64,000 nucleotides of DNA from Lepidodermella squamata (Eukaryota; Animalia; Gastrotricha), in the NCBI GenBank assembly GCA_047495785.1, contig JBLDXI010000010.1:1116001-1180000 (forward strand). Reading direction: 5' to 3'. Below, piece by piece: positions 1-12,162 of the stretch. The first letter of the stretch is position 1. Each line of letters opens with the position of its first letter. The translations under genes and the position numbers were made by a program. Below the pieces are notes generated by a model. That model did no database searches. It was not told the origin of the DNA and saw only the letters and a list, made by a program, of their open reading frames with translations.

Positions 1-2281
1 AATTCTCCCGCCTTAGCAACGGCATTCGCTGTCGTGGATGTTGGGTAGGCTGGTAGCGGGAGGCGGGGGCTTCCGCAGGGGGCGGAGCTTAGCACGACTC
101 TGCAGGAATCGCGCAGTTTCAATATTTCATCATTTCCTAGGAAATCCGAGTGAACAGATACACATGCGATAGCATCTCCTGGATGAAGGCCGATTCTTCC
201 TTGGCTAGAATAGCCAACCACAATGCCTTGCAAGTCGTTCCTCACTGAATTTGTAATCTGTGTGACCGATTTCGTGTCCGAATTGCAGTAGGCAATACCA
301 TGGCGGCCGTAAACTCCATAAAACGAACTTGTTTTTTTATAGGTGAGCGCGAAAAAGGTCCATGCTCCCTTAGGCTGAACCATCCTAACAGAGGTTAATT
401 TCTGATCTTGACCAGTGTATACCTCGATGAAATCACCGGAGTATTTTACGCATAAGGGAGAATCGCTGAGAAATTCGAAAAGCCCGCCACTTTTATCGGC
501 ATTAGCGGCGCCTTTAGTGAAGAAGAAGCTTATCGTAAAGGCTTCGTCGATTTGAAGACCAGCCTTGTACAAATTCATAACTGGATTTTGAGACCCAAGG
601 CTCTCCGTCGCTGTATTGGCATCTCCATATGGCCCGGTCACAAATTTCCCCGATTTAACACCATGTAATCCGTTTTTGCTAACGTCTTTCCCACCGTTTT
701 GCTGATCCAAAGGCCAGTATGCCAGCAAATTGTTCTGTTTAGGCCAGATTGGTGGTTTAGAGCCTTTTGTTTCACAAACCTTCGGCAGTTGGGACATTTC
801 GCTTCCAGTCAAAGCTGTTGAATACATCATGAAGCAGGCCAATTGATCGGTCATGCGTAGACTTGGATAGAAATCAGCCTGGATATCAGAGCGTAAACCA
901 CGGCCGAATACTAAATAAGTAACTCCAGCATCCTTTACCGGTAGAGTTAGGTCAAATTCTTTCGATTCTTGGTTTCCACCAATTATTTTCAATTTGCTGG
1001 TCACGTGGTCATAAGTTATTGCAACAAAATTCCATTGTTTAGGCTTCAAAACTTGCGCACTAGCAACCAAATTACCCAAAGACCAAACCTCGATGCTTCC
1101 ATCTTGTTTATAACGCAGCCATACTTCTTTATTCCAAGTAGCTGTTTGAACTTCGAGGATGCCACCAGTTTCTTGATCAAGTAATGTGTACAAGTGGAAG
1201 GATATCGTGAAGCTTTGGGCCATCACCGGCTTTGCTGTAGCCATTGCTCCAATATGACAGTACATTCTCTGTGGACAATTGACTGAGTAAGAGGTCCTTT
1301 TATCGCCAAACGGGCCGGGTTGGTCGTACCTGCCATCAGTTTGCCTAGCTCGGCCAATGTAAGTCAAATGATTGAAGTCGCCAAGATCCGCAATATTGCT
1401 GGTTCCACTTTCACTGTCGAATGGCCAGAAACCAAGCAGTTGATCCTTTCGTGGCCATTCATTCGCGCCGCAGCTGCCAAAACATTTCCCCCTTAAAAAT
1501 GACTCATATTAGAGATTATTTCGGCATAGGAAATGGTTTTTACCCCCTGTCTTGGCAAGCTGAGCTCAGTTTACCCATCTCATACGATGCCAGCGAATCG
1601 TTGTAGTACATGAAGCATGCGAACTTGTCGTCTTTACTCATACCCAGCGGCTCGGTACCGCCTATGTTGAAGGTTATAAGACCCTTGTCTGTAACAAGAT
1701 TGATTCCTTTATCGTAGATAGGATTTGCATTGGGCGGTACGATAGTAAGTGTTTTCGAATCAGTACTGTAGGTCATTGCTACAAAATTCCACGTGTTTCT
1801 AGTTAGAATGTCATAGCGGCCAATAAGCTGCTCATCTCTCGTCCATACCTCCAAATAGCCAGGGTCGCGATAATTAACGAGAAATAGATCCCCAATTCGC
1901 AGGATCTCGCCATAAGACGTGATTTTCGAGTTGATGTAGAAAGAAACTGTGAATGATCTGCCGATTGGCACTTGGGCCGATCCTATGTTGTCGGTATTTT
2001 TCGTGGCTGTATAGCATGTTCTAGGCTTGCCGAATGGGCCGTTGCTGACCCTGTCTAAAACTCCTCTGCCTATTTGACTGATGTGGTTGTAACGGCCGGA
2101 GAGATCGCTTAGACCTACATCGCCAGCTAACGGCCAGAAACCTTGCAGAGAGGAAGGTAGGGGCCAAGTTTGAGCTGAGCAGCAGCCAGCCAATCTTCAG
2201 TAAAAGACTGTGATGCGGTAAACCATTTACAACAAAACTTGCTTACAGTAAAATAGCAAATGATATCGGGATGTTGGGCAT
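1..2281 (-). CDS. Secreted or cell-surface protein with three LamG/pentraxin-like (ConA-fold) domains and a probable CCP start; runs off the window edge
   Basis: Manually spliced. ATG 2281 gives MPNIPISFAILL, intron 2195-2246, then LAGCCSA (signal peptide); second intron 1492-1543. Three repeats of the pattern (F/Y)WP(L/F)..D..GP(F/Y)G..FT(V/I)SF..W.F.A.TY..AC....L...E...L...C. Reading frame is open to position 1. Confidence 0.8.
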
Positions 2282-2844
2282 TACTTTGACATTTATGCGA
2301 AGAAATGCAGTAAAAAATGAGTCCTGATCCATGATAAGCCTGTTCCTAAATAAGAGGCGTGGGCGAGCTACTAAGATAAGAGAATGTTCTAACCTTATAA
2401 TTAGAAGCGCTAATAATTCACCTCAAAGTCAAAACTTGTTAACATTCTAAATTATACCAAACTTTTTGGAACTGCATGTGTTCATCTCTAGGTTGAACAT
2501 GTAGTGCTACAACGCTGGAGAGACTTCTCCTTGCAAAAGAAATGCTATGTGATGACTGATTGCCTCAAATAATCTGTAAAATTCGCCTGTCAATTCTATA
2601 TAAGATTCATGTATCTGCGAGGTGTCCGAGTGCCCTAAAGATTATAACAGCCTGCCTAGAAACAGCTCCTCGAAATGACGCCAAAACACAACAACGGTTG
2701 CTAGGATTAGTTGACAACGCCCGCTATGGTCACTTTATCTTATCTCATCAGCAAACGACTCAAGAACCGGCTTCACAACCATTAAGATACGGCAGCTCAG
2801 TTTTCTTTTGTTTTCCCTCTCAGCAGAAGGAAAAATCGGCTGAA

Positions 2845-5800
2845 ATGGCCGTTGATGATCAGGTTGCTAATGTTTACTCGGTTCTTTTACTTAACCCTCT
2901 TGTTTATGCCGCTGTAGAAGCTGAAACTCGCCAGTCTCTTGATCGATGATGCTGTTAATGGGCGAGATTTCCCTTTCCGGGACGATCCTAAATCTCTTTG
3001 GTACTTCAATAAAATATTTTGTCCTTTGACAACAAATTTTGTTTGTTAAGGTGGTATTCTTTCTACAACAACACTGTCGCGAATTTTGTGAACAACTTCG
3101 CCATAGTCTTACTGCTGGGGCTAGCTATTTTTGAAGATCCGGCATCTTGCGATTATTGCCGCCTGCCAGTTTGGGTATAGTTTTTGGCTCCCCTTTATCC
3201 CTCCAATTAAATAATTTAAAATTTATGGCAGGCTCTTGTATTCTGGGAAACAGCATGCTTATTGGAGATAACTTTCCATTTGTTCGTCCGACTTCGATTT
3301 TGCGGTCTTACAACCTTCATAAAAGATCCAAAAAACATCATTTCACTGACATGCATTTTGGTTTGCCTGGTTGATATGATTGTTTGGTCCGCATTCTTCC
3401 GACCTGCGATTCCTCTGACTGGCCTCTATCCACAACGATTTTCCCGTATTTTACGCCCAATTTTCGTCATTAATGCGTCTGAAAATCGGAGGGTGAGTAC
3501 AAATTAGTCTTAATCTTCATTTGGGTCTCCTTTCCTTGAATAGATACGACGTGTTGTCAGATGCATTCGATCGCTGATCCGAGATGTCACCCCGATTTTT
3601 GTCCTATTTTTCATCATAATCGCAGTTTTTGCGCTTATTTTTCAAAAAATCTTCTCCCAAGGCGAGAAGCTGTCATTTTTCGACGGAAGAATTCCCCCGA
3701 CTCCCTACTTCCAAGACTACTTCGACTCGATGTGGGATTTATTCATCTATGTTACTACATCAAACAGCCCAGATGCAATGTAAGTCATACATTTTGATCA
3801 TCGAATGGGAGAATGATATTGATTTTCTCCAGGCAACCGGCTTACGATCAATCAGGATGGTACTCATTGATGTTCATTGTCTTTCTTGCCATCACTCTAT
3901 GGGGAGTCATGCCGCTTATTCTGGCCATAACATATAACAGCTATTTGCGATACCTCAAGGTATGTTTAGGGTTTAGCTGATCGTGGTGAAATTTGGAAAT
4001 AATGATTTTGTTCAAAGGACCAAATCACGCTTAGTGTGAAACAGAAGAGGCTCAAGTTGAAAAGAGCCTTTGCAATCCTAAGCACTCCTGACGAAGAAAG
4101 CGGCTCGAATGTCGTGACCGTCGAAACATGGCAGAAAATCGCTGCTCTTGTGTTGCCAGACAAAGATGGAGACTATCGAAAGCTTATGTTCCAGATCCTA
4201 GACACAAGCTCGTCGAATTCATTGGACCTAGGTGAATTCTTGTACCTGAGCGATCTCCTGAACATCGATATAAGGAGGGCCCAATCTAAGACCCATATCA
4301 TCGAAACTATGATGCCGAGGATCTACGACAGCGAAATCAGCAAGCGAATCCGCCGAATTGTAGTCCATCCTTTCTTTAGCTACGTTTTCGACATTCTCAT
4401 CATCGCGAATGCTGTGATCCTCGCAGCGTCTTCAAAAGAAATCGTTAGCGCAACTGAATGGGCATTTCTTGTCCTATTCACATTTGAAATCCTTCTCAAA
4501 GTCTATGCTTCCGGGCCACTGAGCTTTATCACGAAAGGATGGAACATTTTCGATTTGTTACTGGTCGTTCTTGCGTGGTCTGCTTCGATCGCAGAGGTGG
4601 TAGAGCCCGATGTGAACGATGTCGCTGTACTCTATGATCTAGTCATCACAATTCGAGTACTCAGAGTCTTCCGAATCATCTACAGCATTAAACAATTCGT
4701 TGTAATTGTCAACACGTTCCATCACATCATTCCCAGCGTTGCGGCTATTGTCACCCTTCTTCTGTGTGTCTACTACATGTTTGCCATTCTTGGCATGATG
4801 GTATTTGCTGGGGTTATCAAGGACGATATTCACCCATGGGAGCCAGGATGGGATCATTGCGGTAACCCTGATATTATAGGAACGGCCTACGCGAGTGCTC
4901 ATTACTGCAAGAACAATTTCAACAGCCTAGCCCTATCTTTCATTGTCATGTTCGACCTAACTGCCGTTAATAACTGGCATCGTAAGTTTTGATTAGACAG
5001 AAAGAACCTTGATGATAATTACGGTTTCACAAAGTTTTTGCCGAGGCTTTTACCCTTGCGACGAATAAGGCCGCTCGAGTTTACTTCATCAGCTTCTATT
5101 TCGTTGTTATTTTCGTTCTGTTGAAGTGAGTATTAAGATCAAATGATAGTCATTAGTCATCAATCATTCTCTTTTTCAAGTATTTTCGTCGCTTTTGTAC
5201 TCGAAGCTTTCATCCTTCAGTACAAAATGTTTCAAGGCGAGCAAAAGGAGTCTAAGCTGAGACTTCATGTCGCTAAATTTCTGGATACTGTCTCGGGTCG
5301 AAAAGCTGTGGAAACCAATGTTTCTCACTCGATTCTAGGCGGCATTGTCAACACTGAGGAAGCCGATGCGGTCGGAGGCCACCAATCCCATATAGAATGG
5401 ACTGTGGGTGATGGTCTTGGCATCAGTCTATGGGGCCCAAGTGCAGAAGAAGCTAACTACGGCTTTGTCATGCGAAATACTTGTAAGCTTTATTATTTCT
5501 GGTGAATTCTTTTAATTCATTTAATTTCAGACCGAAATGCGGATACTCTGATTGAGACTATGCTTTTCGATGAAGAAGAGGACGAAGAGGCCGAGCGCCA
5601 ACGGGAGCAGGCTGAAGCACCTCGGAGCTCTGACTCCCAATCAGCCAGTGGACCGCCATCTGGAGGCTCAAAACGGCTCAGGGCGACCTCTTCTGTCTGG
5701 AGGCGAAGCGATTTAGCTTCCCACACAATTTTCAACCAGAGAACACCTCCTGTTTCACCACAGGTTCCAACTTCCCTACCTGTGACGGCTCAGCTATCAA

Positions 5801-5907
5801 GTCCACCTGTGTTAGCTGCTAGGATGTCTGAAGAAGCGACATCGCCCTCAGTCTTAGAGATGGTCGGAGAAGTTGTAGCCTCTGAATTGAAAGAGGATGA
5901 GAACTAA
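2845..5907 (+). CDS. TPCN3: Two-pore channel, TPC3-like (10 exons)
   Basis: Spliced product has LASLLIDDAVNGR, LAIFEDP, RFSRILRPIF (S4-I), pore I TTSNSPDAMQPAY, an EF-like linker, S4-II RVLRVFR, CGNP..YCKNNFN, pore II VNNWH and LLNIFVAFVLEAF. NSPD and YCKNNFN favour TPC3 over TPC1/2. Nine short GT-AG introns. Confidence 0.88.
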
Positions 5908-5999
5908 AGACAATACACTAGCCACTTGATTCAAATAAAAAACCACATAATCGTAGAGTTTGAACTTTATTTGCAGGGAAAATTGCTTGAGAATATGAG

Positions 6000-6548
6000 C
6001 TAACCATCAGTCCACATAGCCCATTGAGGTGTCCCGGAATAAGCCGCGGCTGATCTTACCGCTGACCAGTAAGTTGGCGGCACTCCACCCGCCCAGTTGT
6101 TCCATACAGTCCAAGAGAATGTCCAAGGATACCAGGCTGAAGCCGGCACGGCTGACCAGGAGTAAGTCGGAGCCCAAACGTATGTAGGATAGTAAACGCC
6201 ATAGCTTGGCTGGCGGTAATAATTGGTGAAATCGCTGAAGAAACTCTTCGATTTATACATGGCCAGACTTGAGCAGATGCAGTTGTTTTGGTCACTCAAC
6301 GCCGACCATGAACATGTTGCCCACTGCGCTGAATAACACGTCTGCCAGCAGTTACAGGAATAGTAGGAATTCCGAGATAGGAAAATCGAATCGTAAGGAT
6401 TTTTCGATTTGATATTTCCCAAGTTTTGACAGCCCTTGTAGCATGGTGACGTTACAACGAGGGAAACGTAAGTTATACCAGCGACTAAAATGAGTACGAT
6501 AGGGCTTACTATCAAAGCTACAACCAATGGATGCGTTTCATAGCACAT
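6000..6548 (-). CDS. Unrecognised signal-anchored Cys-rich protein with a W/Y/P/S-rich tail (paralog 1)
   Basis: N-terminal hydrophobic segment. Cx3C...CxCx3CYxAQWxxCx10CxC is shared with the neighbouring ORF. Confidence 0.75.
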   Translation of the reverse strand: MCYETHPLVVALIVSPIVLILVAGITYVSLVVTSPCYKGCQNLGNIKSKNPYDSIFLSRNSYYSCNCWQTCYSAQWATCSWSALSDQNNCICSSLAMYKSKSFFSDFTNYYRQPSYGVYYPTYVWAPTYSWSAVPASAWYPWTFSWTVWNNWAGGVPPTYWSAVRSAAAYSGTPQWAMWTDG

Positions 6549-6677
6549 TTCATGTGATGAATGAATTTCTCTGCCTTTTGGAGTTCCTTCTTTGTATACA
6601 GTGTTGCTAAGACACGTTTTGAATAGATGAATGGTTTATTGAAATCTAGCACCACGAAATGAGAATTAAGGAGTCTA

Positions 6678-7142
6678 CTAGCTATCGGCATTTCGATCAG
6701 ATACGAAATAAGATCCTAGCCATGATGAGACTGCCCCAGATTGAGAGGACCATGAAGTTGTCACAGAGTAGGATGATCTCAAATTGAGTATTGTCCTCAG
6801 CCAACTATTCCAAGGAGACTCTGTCGATGGTCCTGGATAGTCTGCATCGTAGTAGTAAGGATTAGGTGCCCATGTCGGTCTTACAATTGGTAAGCCAGTT
6901 GTATCTTGTAAATCGTAGACGAGATAACTCGCGCATACACAAAAGTCTTGAGGTTCTGCGAGGCTTTTATTGCATTGCGTCCACTGCGCTTGGTAACACG
7001 TCGTCAAACAGTCGCAGTTTATGCCGAGAGAGTAGTACGACGAGTAATAAGCAAGTTTCAAGCATCCGATAAAGCAGTTCGAGGTGAGAACAAGGGCAAA
7101 ATAAACGAAGGCAGCAACCATTGGTAGCAGCATGAAAAACAT
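6678..7142 (-). CDS. Unrecognised signal-anchored Cys-rich protein (paralog 2)
   Basis: Same 8-Cys spacing (CDCLTTCYQAQWTQCx10CVC) and a PT(W/YVW)AP tail motif as 6000-6548. Confidence 0.75.
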   Translation of the reverse strand: MFFMLLPMVAAFVYFALVLTSNCFIGCLKLAYYSSYYSLGINCDCLTTCYQAQWTQCNKSLAEPQDFCVCASYLVYDLQDTTGLPIVRPTWAPNPYYYDADYPGPSTESPWNSWLRTILNLRSSYSVTTSWSSQSGAVSSWLGSYFVSDRNADS

Positions 7143-8011
7143 GAAGGATTATGAAACAGCAGATTGCTTAATTCGTCATTTATACGAGGAGTGAGACGTA
7201 GTCTTTCAATAATTATGAAAAGACGCGATACATTAAAAACAAATGTTATTCAACTGAATTTGTGATTCAATGGAACGTAGGCGTAAAATGGCGTGAATCA
7301 ATAATTGAGTGCTCATTTTTTCCACAAATTTTCCTCGTTTTTTTGGCCGCTGAACTTACCCACAGGTCAAAAAACGTCTGGGCACGCCCCAGTTCTGACG
7401 GGTGGACTTAAGGCATCAAGACTTAGGACAACTAAACTCAAAGAATCATATATATGCCTATGTAAAATGCTCTTGCCGAACGTTGAAAAGATCTTTATTT
7501 AGAAACAGGCAACAGGCCATGACTCGAAAGCATATCTTGGTATTCAATACATAAATAAATAAATGAATTAACGCATGTTTCAGTTCAGATGGAGGATGAT
7601 TTCGCCTATGAATCGCGTCGTAGAAGTTGGGATTGAGAGACAGCCTTTCATTTTTTATCATTGGCACGGACAGATTTAATGAATTTCTTTCGCATTTTTC
7701 TTGTTTTGCGTCCACTTCTGGGTTCGGTAGCGAGAAATCGAAGAATATTCGATCAATAGAACGGTGAGTAAAGGGCAATGTACTGCGATTCGAGGTACAA
7801 AATGTAGGCGAGGTCGATGGAAGCTCATCGAACAGCATCATTGAAAGCGAAACCGCCCAACAACTGCTTGGAATTCGGCCTTCATACGCAAAAATACAGT
7901 TGTTCAAGTTTGTTTTCATAAAACGCGATTCGTTGAAAGAAAAACGTGGTTTTAATGAAAAGTGATTCGATGGAACACAAACGGTGAAACAAAATACATT
8001 CAGTGATTTCT

Positions 8012-8974
8012 TTATCGACTACTCGTGCTGTTACCAGTGGCGGCGCCGTGACGAAACATGAGCAATTTAGCCTGGCGTTTGCCGCCGGTTCTTACCGAGT
8101 TCTTCTCAGCCTCCCCGCTGAAAATCGTCGGGCGGCGCTTATTCCCGGAATAGACTTCCTTCCGCTTCTGCAACGCGTCGTGCTTCACCTTTTGATCTCG
8201 CTTATTTGTTAGGAAGGAGTTGTATTTTGCCGAGAAGACATCGCCGTTATACGGCTGGTTGTTCGGTGAATTCAACCGCTCTTCAAGAATCGCCGAATTT
8301 TTCTGTTTCTGCTCCTCAGCTAACTGCCGCGCTTGTTCTTCGAGGAAAAACTGAGCCACTGTCATTTTCTTCTCAAACGAGTCAACGGTGTCATTGTCAT
8401 TATCTCGCCGTGGGATTAATGGCTGTCGTGTTGTTGAGCAACTGGGTGCCACTGGAGTCATGGGCGATTTCGCCTCGGAACTCGATTCATCTTCAATGGA
8501 TGATCGCCTCGTGTTGGTACTTGCCGTTCTCGCTACCCCACTCAAATGCAACATATTCCGGCCGATTTGTCCGAAATGGCCCCGCGTGGACATCATTGAG
8601 AACTGCCGCTTGTGTCTTTCCTTCGCATTTTTGCTTAGATCATCGCTGTTGGCGTAGCATTTTCTGAACAGTTTAGTCCGTGTTCGGATTATGAAAGCAA
8701 CAATGAGGCTGAGGATTAAGATTAGAAGTAGAGTTGCGCCGCAGATTACGCCGATGCTGTAATTAGTGAAGTAATAATCATCCGGCTCAGACTGGAGTAG
8801 GTCTGTTGCAGTAGTTGTTAGGCCAGTATTAGCGCGGAGTAAGGCTTTTGACGACGAGACGAGTGACGCGACAGGATTTCTCGTAGTCCTACCGTTCTGC
8901 TTACTACGTTTTGTCGCTTTTTTCGAGCCAGGTTCTGCCGCCAGTGGAACGAGGATAGTAGACGTTAGCTGCAT
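8012..8974 (-). CDS. Single-pass membrane protein, array member 1
   Basis: S/T-rich N-terminus, TM helix, RQFSMMSTRGHFGQIGRNMLHLSG, DVFSAKYNSFLTNKR, AKLLMFRH. First ATG is 8974; the ORF track starts at a TTG at 8992. Confidence 0.8.
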   Translation of the reverse strand: MQLTSTILVPLAAEPGSKKATKRSKQNGRTTRNPVASLVSSSKALLRANTGLTTTATDLLQSEPDDYYFTNYSIGVICGATLLLILILSLIVAFIIRTRTKLFRKCYANSDDLSKNAKERHKRQFSMMSTRGHFGQIGRNMLHLSGVARTASTNTRRSSIEDESSSEAKSPMTPVAPSCSTTRQPLIPRRDNDNDTVDSFEKKMTVAQFFLEEQARQLAEEQKQKNSAILEERLNSPNNQPYNGDVFSAKYNSFLTNKRDQKVKHDALQKRKEVYSGNKRRPTIFSGEAEKNSVRTGGKRQAKLLMFRHGAATGNSTSSR

Positions 8975-9650
8975 TTCAAAGTGCACTTTCAATGAATGGT
9001 TGCGAATGATTCGCTATTGCAGACATTGGTAGGAAAAAAAACTATACCGATGAAACCACACGGGTGTGATTAATTATTAGTCGCATCGAGAATGAGGTGT
9101 GAAAATGCGCTCTATGAATATTTCGGCTAAAATCACTGTTCCGTGCTTCAACCCACGCGTAGCGGCAACTTCGTCGCGCTCGATTGAATCAACACTACAG
9201 GTGTGGCTCGCGTGACGCGAATCGCACATAAATTTATGGTAATTACCATCGCCTCAGGTCGGAGAACACATCATCGAGTCATCTTCTTTTATCATAACCC
9301 ATTTCTTAAAATGAATTTTTTCGAAATAATCAGCCATTTCCTGTCTGAGTTGAAATCCCGCGGGAACTCCTGAGCATTGATTTTACATTTGCGATTCCTC
9401 ATGCATTGTTAATTCATGACTAGGTCCTGTGCGGGCCCACACGCGGAATAACAAAACTGTATATTTACACAGACACAGACGAAGAAAAACACTGCACCGA
9501 AATTAGCAATTCCCCTGTATATTCATCACTTTATTACTTCTAAGAATAAAAGATCATTAAAAAGTAATCGATAACTCGGGAATTGATGGGGTTAAAAATC
9601 CATCAAAACCTAAGAGTCCTCAAACGGAACAGAAAAATAAAAGTGTTGAG

Positions 9651-10634
9651 TCATTTTTGAGGACCTTTTGAATCCATGGCATGGCGGAACATAAGAAGCC
9701 TCGCGTTTCTTTTCCCCGGTTCATGAGTCATACTTCCTCTTCTCTTTTGAGACAGGCCCTTCCTCCGGCCGATCGACTCTTGCCTCTTCATATAGCCACG
9801 CTTACTCTCCAAGAAGCTGTTGTACTTCGCTGTGAAAGGGTCTTCATTGAAATGGGAGAGCTTATCATGCGGCTCAGCTACTGGGTGATTGACATGCTTT
9901 TCCTTGAGTTTCTGCTCGGTAATTTTCGCAGTCTCTTCTTCCAATTGCTTCGCACTTTCCCGCAGGAAGAACTCAGCCGCCGTGAGCCTTTCTTCAGTCA
10001 ACCGCTTCGGGGTGTAAGTCCCGCCGCTCGAAGAAACCGTGCTGGTCGCAGTCCCTAATCGAGGCCGGTGGGCGGGAAGAGCAAGGAACAAATGGTCATC
10101 TACGTCGAGACTTTTCGGACGATTGAATATCAATAGAGCAGCTCCGTTATTGGAATTTGACGGGCTAGCGAGGTTAAGGTAGCTTTCATTCGGTTTTATC
10201 GATAGACTCCTAGGTCTTGATGGCGCTGCGACTGCAACAATGCCACTGACCTGCAACATCTGCCTGCCCAACTGGCCGAACTGAGATCGCGTCGCAAACA
10301 TGCTGTACTGCCGTCTTTGTCGATCTTGAGCCGAAGTTCGTTTGAAAAGGCAAATTTTGTAACGGTACATCGCAGCGGCCATAACGCCGAGCAGGATGAG
10401 GAGCAAACAGGAAGCACCGATTACGACGCCGAGCGTGAAGTACGTCAAAGCCTCGTCTTCGCCAAACACAGGTATTTCAGCGGGCGGTCTATCACTCTCT
10501 GTGAGCTGGACCAGAGGTTGTACAACCTCGATGCTGGGAGGATAGGTTGTAGCTGCTGAGGGTGGCGTTACTGTCCTCCGCGTACGAGGGCGCCTTGTAA
10601 CAGTTGAAAATAATATCGTTGAACTCGAGGCCAT
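9651..10634 (-). CDS. Single-pass membrane protein, array member 2
   Basis: TM helix, RQYSMFATRSQFGQLGRQMLQVSG, DPFTAKYNSFLESKR, ARLLMFRH. Closest to member 1. Confidence 0.82.
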   Translation of the reverse strand: MASSSTILFSTVTRRPRTRRTVTPPSAATTYPPSIEVVQPLVQLTESDRPPAEIPVFGEDEALTYFTLGVVIGASCLLLILLGVMAAAMYRYKICLFKRTSAQDRQRRQYSMFATRSQFGQLGRQMLQVSGIVAVAAPSRPRSLSIKPNESYLNLASPSNSNNGAALLIFNRPKSLDVDDHLFLALPAHRPRLGTATSTVSSSGGTYTPKRLTEERLTAAEFFLRESAKQLEEETAKITEQKLKEKHVNHPVAEPHDKLSHFNEDPFTAKYNSFLESKRGYMKRQESIGRRKGLSQKRRGSMTHEPGKRNARLLMFRHAMDSKGPQK

Positions 10635-12162
10635 GACGTCTCATTTATATTACTAAAAGGTTCTAAAAGGGGAAAACAAGAACGAAGAATTTGTAAAGAA
10701 GATAACTCTGGCGATTTCACTGCTGCGATGCTTTTGGTGTTGGCTGCAAGAAGATGCGTGAATGTTTGCGCAATCGATCACCTTGGTTCACGATTGATTT
10801 TGGCGCAGTAATTTGTGCACATAATATTTCTTGCCAATTATGTGTGCGTGTGATTAATTCTCAGTGCAAGCGTTTTCTTTCTTTACACCTATTTCTTAAT
10901 GAGTTTCAGTACGCGAAAAATGCGCGTGAGTATTTATGATGACATGCTGCCTATGAAAACTCAAAAATGACATAAACTCAAGTTGTCCAAGCTCTGAGAT
11001 TGAGACGAGGCACGACAGAATCGTCTGGAGGCTAGGGGATACGGTTACCTTTTTCTTCAGGAATAATATTCCCAAGTTTCCGCAGTTTTCGCATATGATT
11101 CTTCGAAGGTGAGGTTACTAGATACGATGTCGAAATTTTGGAGTAAAGAACAGGGAAGCGTCCTGGCCCCCACCTTACCCCCAACCTCAGGAAGGCTGAA
11201 AAACCGCAGGTGGAAGAGGATTCCTTACTTCGACTGGAAACTAAAAAACCCTTGCTTCAGAATCCAACTTCGCGCTTCGAAACTTCGCAAACTGGTCACA
11301 ATTATCTTCGGACGAATTGGATTAATCGATAGGGCAATCCTCGCTAATTGCCTCTACTGAAAACGATAAGTGAACCTTCTTTATTGCTGTGGAATTAGGG
11401 CCAACAAATTTCCAGAAATTTGTGATACAAAATTGCATTTTCGACTGCGAATCTTTAACATTTAAAAACTCAAACATGTCTCACTCAGAGGAAATACGTC
11501 ATGAATCAGAGAAAAACATTTGCCTTGCGGTATGATAATGTGATCTAAGTGGTACACTCATCAGTCACATGGGACGCGCGCATGGGAATTATTAAACAAA
11601 TATGTGGATTTTTATGTTAACTGGGGAAATTAGTAAACTAATTTGACCAAGATCCAATCCCTCTATAGCGACATGATACTTGTTCTTATAATCCTATTAC
11701 TAAAATCAATCAATGAAACGAAAAGCTCATAACGCGATTCAATAGTACAGATTGAGTCTGCTGCGAATTCTACATTCAAACAATGGTCTGAATCAACAAG
11801 CAGTGGTAGTAGTGTCGTCGGTTTTTTCAGCATTGCCGTACCATATCCCGGAGTATTCAGTCGATTGGTATCACAAAATCCCTTATGGCCGTTATTTATC
11901 CGCCGCACGCGGTTTGCTTAATAAATTTTTGATCGGATTAAGAGCTCGGAAAAAATGCGAGTAATTACACTCCAAGCAATGACGCATCGATCCTTATTTC
12001 CCCATCAAAATGTGGTGTAATTTAGTTCGCAGCGCGCATCCTAAGGACAAGCGCTCGGGGCGTGTAGTGCAGTGTAAAAAACCGAAACAAATTTCAAGAC
12101 TTGTCAAGCTGCGGGAAAAAAGTCGTTTTTCACATACTAACAATACTTTATTTTTTTGTAAT

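Noticed and set aside
2191-2226. Apparent in-frame TGA in MVYRITVFY*RLAGCC, suggesting recoding or a pseudogene
   Set aside because: It lies inside a 52-bp intron (2195-2246); splicing gives a normal signal peptide from ATG 2281.
7458-7919. 153-aa minus-strand ORF
   Set aside because: No recognisable motif, signal peptide or family block; may be 3' flank of array member 1.
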